DNA from: an uncultured beta proteobacterium
GTDB taxonomy: Bacteria > Pseudomonadota > Gammaproteobacteria > Burkholderiales > SG8-41
Length of the DNA: 64,000 nt
Direction of reading: 5' to 3'
Assembly (NCBI GenBank): GCA_963699525.1
Contig: CAVOUI010000014.1
Coordinates: 26,938 to 90,937 of the forward strand
The number at the start of each line of letters is the position of its first letter. Positions within the stretch are counted from its first letter, which is position 1. The notes beneath the pieces were generated by a model, which made no database searches, had not been told where the DNA came from, and saw only the letters and a program-made list of their open reading frames with translations. Made by a program: the position numbers and the translations under genes. This document shows, in pieces, positions 58,251-64,000 of this stretch.

Positions 58251-59213
58251 TTATTCAGGTTTGATTCCGGCCTGAATGACGACCTTCCGCCACTGCTCGT
58301 AGTCCCTGCGGATCAGCTCGCGCACTTCCTCGGGCGAGCCGCCGCCGGCCGGAAAGACGCCGCTCGCGTGCAGCGTGTCTTCCATGTCCTTCCGGCCCAC
58401 GATCTTCCTGACCTCGCCGGCGACGCGCTCCACGACGGCGGGGGGAATTCCCTTCGGGCCGATCATCGCGTGCCAGTTGGTGGCTTCGTATCCGGGCACG
58501 GCTTCGGCGAGCGCGGGGATGTCCGGCTCGGTCGGGATGCGCCGCGCGCTCGTCATGCCGATCGCCCGCACCCGCCCGGCCTTGACGTGCGGGAATCCGG
58601 TCTGAGGGGGCGAGAATACGAGCTGGACGTGGCCCGCCATGACGTCGATCAGCGCCGGGCCGCCGCCCTTGTAATGCACCGCCGTCATCCTGACGCCCGC
58701 CATGTGGAGAAAGAGCTCCGTGGACAGATGCACGATGGTGCCCTGTCCGCTGGTGCCGTAGAGGATGTCGCCCGGGCGGGAGCGCGCCAGCGCGATGAGC
58801 TGTTTTGCGTCGCGCGCGGGGAGCGACGGATGGGCCACCGCGACGAACGGCCCTTTGCCGATGAGGACGATGGGCGTGTAGTCGTTGAGCGGATCGAACT
58901 TCGGCGCGCGCAGGCTGGGATTGATCACGTAGCTCGGCGAGATCTCCAGCAGCGTGTAGCCGTCCGGCGCCGAGCGGAGCGCCATTTCCGTGCCGATCGC
59001 GCTGCCCGCCCCGGGGCGGTTCTCGACGACGATCTGCTGTCCCAGCGCCTCTCCGAGCCTCTGGCCGACGAGGCGCGCGATGAAGTCGACGCCGCCCCCT
59101 GGCGCGAACGGCACGATCAACCGGATGGGTTTCGCCGGATAGGCCTGCGTCCATCCCGCCGCCGGGAACGCGAGCAGAGCGGCGAGCGTCAGGACCGCAC
59201 GGCTTCTTATCAT
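58251..59213 (-). CDS. Bug/TctC substrate-binding protein
   Basis: YPAKPIRLIVPFAPGGGVD, ENRPGAG, APDGYTLL, HYKGGG. Confidence 0.93.
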   Translation of the reverse strand: MIRSRAVLTLAALLAFPAAGWTQAYPAKPIRLIVPFAPGGGVDFIARLVGQRLGEALGQQIVVENRPGAGSAIGTEMALRSAPDGYTLLEISPSYVINPSLRAPKFDPLNDYTPIVLIGKGPFVAVAHPSLPARDAKQLIALARSRPGDILYGTSGQGTIVHLSTELFLHMAGVRMTAVHYKGGGPALIDVMAGHVQLVFSPPQTGFPHVKAGRVRAIGMTSARRIPTEPDIPALAEAVPGYEATNWHAMIGPKGIPPAVVERVAGEVRKIVGRKDMEDTLHASGVFPAGGGSPEEVRELIRRDYEQWRKVVIQAGIKPE

Positions 59214-59299
59214 GATTGCCTCCTCGCATTCATTCTACGCGCGCGCTCGCCGCGGCGCCGGTTGCTATTATCGCTTCGACCATGAAAAATACACGGACG

Positions 59300-59722
59300 A
59301 TGGATTACGACGTGGAAGTTGTGCGAGCGAGTGCCGTCGGCCTCCCCTTCCGAGGGCATGGTGACGCTGGCGCATGTGCTCTACGGCATGCACGGATTCA
59401 GCGCGCTGATGGGCGTGCTCAGCACGGCGTTCATCGTCACCGCGTTTCTGACCGGCTGGCCATCCATCATCGCGGTGATCGTCAACTACGTGAAGCGAAG
59501 CGACGCGCGGGGCACCTGGCTCGATTCGCACTTCGGCTGGCAGCTCCGCACGTTCTGGTACGCGGTCATGTGGGTGGTCCTTGCTGCGTTGCTGATCCTG
59601 ACCGTCGTCGGCATCCCCTTTGCGTGGCTGCTCCTGGTCGCGGTGGGCCTGTGGGTGCTCTACCGCATCATCCGCGGCTGGATCGCGCTTGCGGAGCGGC
59701 GGCCCATGCCCCTGCCGAATAG
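59300..59722 (+). CDS. DUF4870-like small membrane protein (both ends affected by apparent indels)
   Basis: HVLYG...SIIAVIVNYVKRSDARGTWLDSHF.WQLRTFW...LWVLYRIIRGW. Confidence 0.75.
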   Translation: MDYDVEVVRASAVGLPFRGHGDAGACALRHARIQRADGRAQHGVHRHRVSDRLAIHHRGDRQLREAKRRAGHLARFALRLAAPHVLVRGHVGGPCCVADPDRRRHPLCVAAPGRGGPVGALPHHPRLDRACGAAAHAPAE

Positions 59723-59747
59723 AGTGATGCGTAATAGGGGAGTCGCA

Positions 59748-60732
59748 ATGATCCGGCCCTGGCTGAAATCATGTAGCCCTGCTGTTGGCGGCGCTGTGGA
59801 CTGCGACACCGGCGCTGGCCCAGGAAAAGTATCCCTCGCGGCCGATCCGGCTGATCGTGCCGTACCCGCCGGGCGGCTCGACGGATCCGACCGGACGCGC
59901 GTTCGCGGCGTGGCTGACCGACGCGCTGGGACAGCAGGTCGTGGTGGACAATCGCCCGGGCGCGGGCTCGACGATCGGGCACGGGCTCGCCGCCAAGGCA
60001 ACGCCCGACGGCTACACGCTCCTGCTGGGCACGTCCGGCGGGCTGGCGGTCGCCCCCGCGCTCGGCACGAAGGTGCCGTACGATCCGGTGAAGGATTTCA
60101 CCCCGATCGGGCTCGGGGTGTACACGCCGTTCCTGCTGGTCGTGTACCCCGGCCTGCCGGCAACGAACCTCAAGGAGCTCATCGCGCTCTCCAAGTCGCA
60201 GCCCAACGGCGTCGTTTTCGCGTCGGTGGGAGTCGGGACGCCCAACCATCTCGGCGGCGAGCTGCTCAAGGTGATGGCCGGCTTCCAGTTCGTGCACGTG
60301 CCGTACAAGGGCGGCGGGCCGGCCGTCGTGGACGTGATCGCCGGCCGCGCGCAGGCGCTCTTCGGCGGCATTCCGTACACCGGGCCGCAAGTGAAGGCGG
60401 GAAAGTTGAGGGCCGTCGCTATCGGGCATCCGAAGCGCATGAGCGGGTGGCCGGACGTGCCGGCGATCGCGGAAACGCTGCCCGGATTCAGCAACACGAC
60501 GTGGTTCGGATTGGTCGGGCCGGCCGGGACGCCGAAGGCGGTGGTGGACCGCATCAACGCGGAAATGAAGCGGGCGGTCGCCAACCCGGGGTTCGCCAGG
60601 CAGCTCGAGGCGCTCGGGCTCGAGCCGGCGAGCAGCACGCCCGCCGAGTTCCGCGACATGATCGCCTCCGAGCTCAAGCGCTGGACCCGAGTCATCAAGG
60701 AAGCCGGCATCACCGTGGAGAGCGCGCAATGA
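59748..60732 (+). CDS. Bug/TctC substrate-binding protein (indel in signal peptide)
   Basis: YPSRPIRLIVPYPPGGSTD, DNRPGAG, PDGYTLL, HVPYKGGG; GGGAG RBS before ATG 59748. Confidence 0.9.
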
Positions 60733-61559
60733 TGATCGTTGATTCGCAGGTGCACATCTGGGGCGCGGATACGCCCGAGCGGCCGTGGCCCAGGAACCGG
60801 ACGGTCAAGGCGCAGCGCGACGTGCCGCTCGGGAAGGACGAGCTGCTGCGCGAGATGGACGCGGCCGGCGTCGCCCGCGTCGTGATCGTGCCGCCCTCGT
60901 GGGAAGGCGATCGCAACGATCTCGCGCTCGCGGCCGCGCAGGCCCACCCGGACCGATTCGCGGTCATGGGACGCATCGATCCGGCCGCACCCGAATCGCG
61001 CCGGAAGATCGCGGCGTGGAAGCAGCAGCGCGGCATGCTCGGGCTGCGCTTCGTGTTCCATCGCTCGCCGCTGCTGGAGCTGCTGACCGAGGGGAAGGCG
61101 GACTGGCTGTGGCCCGAGGCGGAGAAGCACGGGGTGCCGGTCTACATGCTGGTCCCGCACCGGAATCTGCAATTCGTCGAGAAAGTTGCGGCCCGCCATC
61201 CCGGATTGAAGCTGGTGATGGATCATTCGGGCCTCGTGGATGGCAGGGACGACGAGGCCTTCAAGGAATTCGACAAGCTGCTCGCGCTCGCGAAATTCCC
61301 GAACGTCGCGACCAAGGTGAGCTGCTTCCCGTTCTTCACGACGCAGAAATACCCGTTCCGCAACCTGCATCCGTATATCCGCAAGGCGTTCGACGCGTTC
61401 GGCCCGAAGCGCACGTTCTGGGGCACCGACCTCTCGCGCCTTCCCTGCCCGTACCAGCAGGGCGTCACGCTCTTCACCGAGGAATTGCCGTGGCTGAAGG
61501 GCCAGGACCTCGAGTACGTGATGGGCCGGGGGGTGTGCGAATGGCTGGGGTGGAAATGA
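60729..61559 (+). CDS. Amidohydrolase-2 family protein
   Basis: IVDSQVHIW, MDAAGV, GLR, DH.G, AFGP.R.FWGTD. Confidence 0.88.
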   Translation: MMIVDSQVHIWGADTPERPWPRNRTVKAQRDVPLGKDELLREMDAAGVARVVIVPPSWEGDRNDLALAAAQAHPDRFAVMGRIDPAAPESRRKIAAWKQQRGMLGLRFVFHRSPLLELLTEGKADWLWPEAEKHGVPVYMLVPHRNLQFVEKVAARHPGLKLVMDHSGLVDGRDDEAFKEFDKLLALAKFPNVATKVSCFPFFTTQKYPFRNLHPYIRKAFDAFGPKRTFWGTDLSRLPCPYQQGVTLFTEELPWLKGQDLEYVMGRGVCEWLGWK

Positions 61560-62380
61560 TCGTTGACTCCCAAGTCCATATCTGGGCGGCGAACACGCCG
61601 GAGCGGCCGTGGCCGGCGCGGCACCAGCCGCACAAGCCGGAGCCGATCACGGCGCAGGACCTGCTGCGCGAGATGGATGCCGCGGGAGTGGACGCCTGCG
61701 TGCTGGTGCCCCCGTCGTGGGAGGGCGAGCGCAACGATGTCTGCCTCGCCGCCGCGCAGAAATACCCGAAGCGCTTCGCGGTCATGGGCCGTCTCGATGT
61801 GGACGCGCCCGAATCGCGTGCAAAGATCGCGACGTGGCGCAAGCAGCCCGGCATGCTGGGGTTGCGGTTCACCCTGCACCGCCCGTTCCTGCGGCCGCTG
61901 CTGACGGAAGGGCGCATCGACTGGCTGTGGCCGGAGGCGGAGAAGGCGGGCGTGCCGGTCATGACGCTCGCCCTGCATTCGGACATGCACCTCATCGACC
62001 GGGTGGCGGAGCGCCATCCGCGCCTGAAGCTGACGATCGACCACCTCGGGCTCACGACGGGGAAGGGTGCGGAAGCGTTCCAGCACATCGACAACGTGCT
62101 CGCGCTCGCGAAGCGTCCCAACGTCGCGGTCAAGGTGAGCTGCCTGCCGCACTACGCGACCGACGCCTACCCGTTCCGCTCGCTCCACCCGTACATCCGC
62201 CGCGTCTACGATGCGTTCGGCCCGAAGCGCATGTTCTGGGGAAGCGATCTCTCGCGGCTGCCGTGCAGCTACCTGCAGTCCCTCACCTACATGAGCGAGG
62301 AGATCCCCTGGCTCTCCGCCGGCGACAAGGAGTGGATCCTGGGACGGGGGCTGTGCGAGTGGCTGGGGTGGAAACGCTAG
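61556..62380 (+). CDS. Amidohydrolase-2 family protein (tandem paralog)
   Basis: IVDSQVHIW, MDAAGV, DHLG, AFGPKRMFWGSD; ATGA overlap with the previous gene. Confidence 0.88.
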   Translation: MIVDSQVHIWAANTPERPWPARHQPHKPEPITAQDLLREMDAAGVDACVLVPPSWEGERNDVCLAAAQKYPKRFAVMGRLDVDAPESRAKIATWRKQPGMLGLRFTLHRPFLRPLLTEGRIDWLWPEAEKAGVPVMTLALHSDMHLIDRVAERHPRLKLTIDHLGLTTGKGAEAFQHIDNVLALAKRPNVAVKVSCLPHYATDAYPFRSLHPYIRRVYDAFGPKRMFWGSDLSRLPCSYLQSLTYMSEEIPWLSAGDKEWILGRGLCEWLGWKR

Positions 62381-62420
62381 GCGCGCCAGGCGCTCACTAG
62401 GGCAAGGCCGGGACAGGCAC

Positions 62421-62876
62421 GTGTACAAGAAGACGCTTTATGCGGGTTGGGGCGACATGGATTTCAACTCGCACATGAAGAACACGGCGTACCTCGACAA
62501 GGTTGCCGACGTGCGGCAGATGTATCTGATCGAAAATGGCTTTCCGATGGAGGAGTTCCTGCGCCTCAGAATCGGCCCGGTGATCATGAAGGACGAGGTC
62601 GAGTACTTCAAGGAGATCGGGCTGCAGCAGGCGATCACGGTGACCTACGCGCTCGCGGGCCACGCGCCGGACGGCAGCCGCTTTCTCCTGCGGCACGAGA
62701 TCTTCCGGCCGGACGGAAAGCTCAGCGCGCGCGTCACGAGCGCCGGAGGCTGGATGAACCTGGATCGACGCAAGCTCGTCGCGCCGCCGCCGGCACTCCT
62801 GGCCGCCATGAATTCCCTCACGAAGACGAGCGATTTCGTCGTCCTGCCCTCGAGCATCAAGGGGCGTGCTGAGTAG
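62421..62876 (+). CDS. Acyl-CoA thioesterase (hotdog fold, 4HBT-like)
   Basis: WGDMDFNSHMKNTAYL motif; GPVI...EVEY.KE. Confidence 0.88.
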   Translation: MYKKTLYAGWGDMDFNSHMKNTAYLDKVADVRQMYLIENGFPMEEFLRLRIGPVIMKDEVEYFKEIGLQQAITVTYALAGHAPDGSRFLLRHEIFRPDGKLSARVTSAGGWMNLDRRKLVAPPPALLAAMNSLTKTSDFVVLPSSIKGRAE

Positions 62877-62887
62877 GGGAGAGGCCC

Positions 62888-63280
62888 ATGAGAATCATGT
62901 TCTCGATCGCGCTCGCGCTGGCACTGATGATTGCGTCCGGAATGAGTGCCGGTCAGAAAATGTGGGTGGAGACGGCTGACGACTGCGGAGAGTGGGCCAA
63001 GGCGAGAAAGCTGAAGCGCTCCAGCCCGCATGAGGCGCGCCTGGTCGGGATGATCGACGGCATGGCGATTGGCCGGGTGATCGAGATCTGGAAGGCGGGG
63101 AGCCCGATGAGCAGGGAGCAGCTCTACGCCTGGATGGACCAGTACTGTCAGGCGAATCCCCAATCCAGGGTGGTGATCGGAGCGGAAGAGCTCGCCAACG
63201 AGAAGACCAACGGGGAATACAGGCGCCTGCAGAAAAACCTCTCGGCCACTCCGCTCAGCGACCCGCCCGCCAGAAAATGA
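62888..63280 (+). CDS. Small exported two-cysteine hypothetical protein
   Basis: Signal peptide; DCGEW...WMDQYCQANP; GGAGAGG RBS. Confidence 0.65.
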   Translation: MRIMFSIALALALMIASGMSAGQKMWVETADDCGEWAKARKLKRSSPHEARLVGMIDGMAIGRVIEIWKAGSPMSREQLYAWMDQYCQANPQSRVVIGAEELANEKTNGEYRRLQKNLSATPLSDPPARK

Positions 63281-64000
63281 GCCGGTTTCCAGGGCTGGTA
63301 TTCCTGCTCTGCTCCGTTCCGGCCATTGCCGCCAGGGACTGCGCGCATTGCCCCGAGATGGTGGCCGTTCCCGCAGGGCAGTTCGTGATGGGGGTGGCGC
63401 CGGGAGAGGAGGAGCGCGCGAATCTGCCCGCCGAATTTCGCAACCGCAGCGAGCCGCAGCGCCGTGTGAGCGTCAAGCGCTTTTCCGCGGGCCGGTTCGA
63501 GGTCACGCGGGGGGAGTACCGGGTGTTCGCCGAGGCGACCGGTCGGACCGGGCGAGGGGTGCTTCGCCTGGAGCGGTGACGCGTTCGAAATGAAGCCGGC
63601 GAACAGCTGGCGCAATCCCGGCTTTGCCCAGGACGACGCGCACCCCGTCGCGTGCGTGAGCTGGGAGGATGCCAACGCGTATGTGGCGTGGCTCAGCCAG
63701 CAATCCGGAAGAAAATATCGCTTGCTGACCGAAGCCGAATGGGAATACGCGGCAAGAGCCGGCACCACGACGACGCGATTCTGGGGCGATGATGCCGACA
63801 GAACCTGCGACTATGCCAACGGGGCCGATCGCTCGACGGCGGCAGGGGTGCCCGGCGCGAGCGGCTGGTATGTCGCCCATTGCGATGACCGGCATCCCTA
63901 TACCGCCCCGGTGGGAAGCTATCGCCCCAACGCGTTCGGCCTCCACGACATGCTGGGCAACGTGGAAGAATGGACGCAGGACTGCTGGGTCGGCAACTAC
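63277..64000 (+). CDS. Formylglycine-generating enzyme (SUMF1) family protein, 3'-truncated, apparent frameshift near 63550
   Basis: RDC.HCPEMV.VP.G.F.MG, EVTRGEY; shifted frame gives [15 protein letters not shown]...[31 protein letters not shown]. Confidence 0.88.

Noticed and set aside
59319-61559. 746-aa ORF suggesting a membrane protein-amidohydrolase fusion
   Set aside because: Artefact: a lost DUF4870 stop lets the frame run out-of-frame through the bug gene into the amidohydrolase.
2650-63560. About 14 apparent frameshifts (~2670, 13890, 16805, 19320, 22680, 34480, 45490, 47910, 54310, 56535, 58190, 59330, 59720-59780, 63550) as pseudogenes or programmed frameshifts
   Set aside because: They are scattered across unrelated genes, both halves keep intact motifs with no accumulated stops, and no shared slippery site is visible. 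Long-read indel error is the simplest explanation; read polishing would confirm it.
1-64000. tRNA, rRNA, CRISPR arrays, prophage, IS elements, known defence systems
   Set aside because: No cloverleaf, rRNA-like tract, repeat-spacer array, integrase, transposase or recognisable defence gene was seen by eye.

Overview
GC-rich bacterial chromosomal segment, most consistent with a soil or groundwater betaproteobacterium (inferred from the large Bug/TctC expansion and gene content). It holds about 71 protein-coding genes. I see no rRNA, tRNA, CRISPR array, phage gene or transposase. Content is dominated by 14 Bug/TctC solute-binding protein genes with no tctA/tctB, interleaved with catabolic enzymes: cupins, FAH, TauD, SDRs, a flavin monooxygenase, a ThDP enzyme, two MetE-like proteins, amidohydrolases, a split gallate/protocatechuate-type dioxygenase and an orphan form-II CoxL. 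The best candidate for an undescribed system is a four-gene signalling locus at 2.7-7.1 kb: an adenylate cyclase-FHA protein divergent from a FecR-like exported protein, a heme-c/HAMP membrane sensor with no output domain, and a soluble Hanks kinase with duplicated C-terminal repeats. Other candidates are a membrane protein + vWA lipoprotein + SrkA locus, a Cys-nucleophile hydrolase + heme-oxygenase-like diiron enzyme pair, signal-peptide-bearing SAM methyltransferases, several REP-like repeat families (one read in-frame inside Bug genes), a recurrent GAGGGATGAGG gene-junction motif and a shared OmpR-type box. About 14 apparent frameshifts look like long-read indel errors, so several boundaries are approximate. 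Family calls come from motif recognition only; no searches were run.
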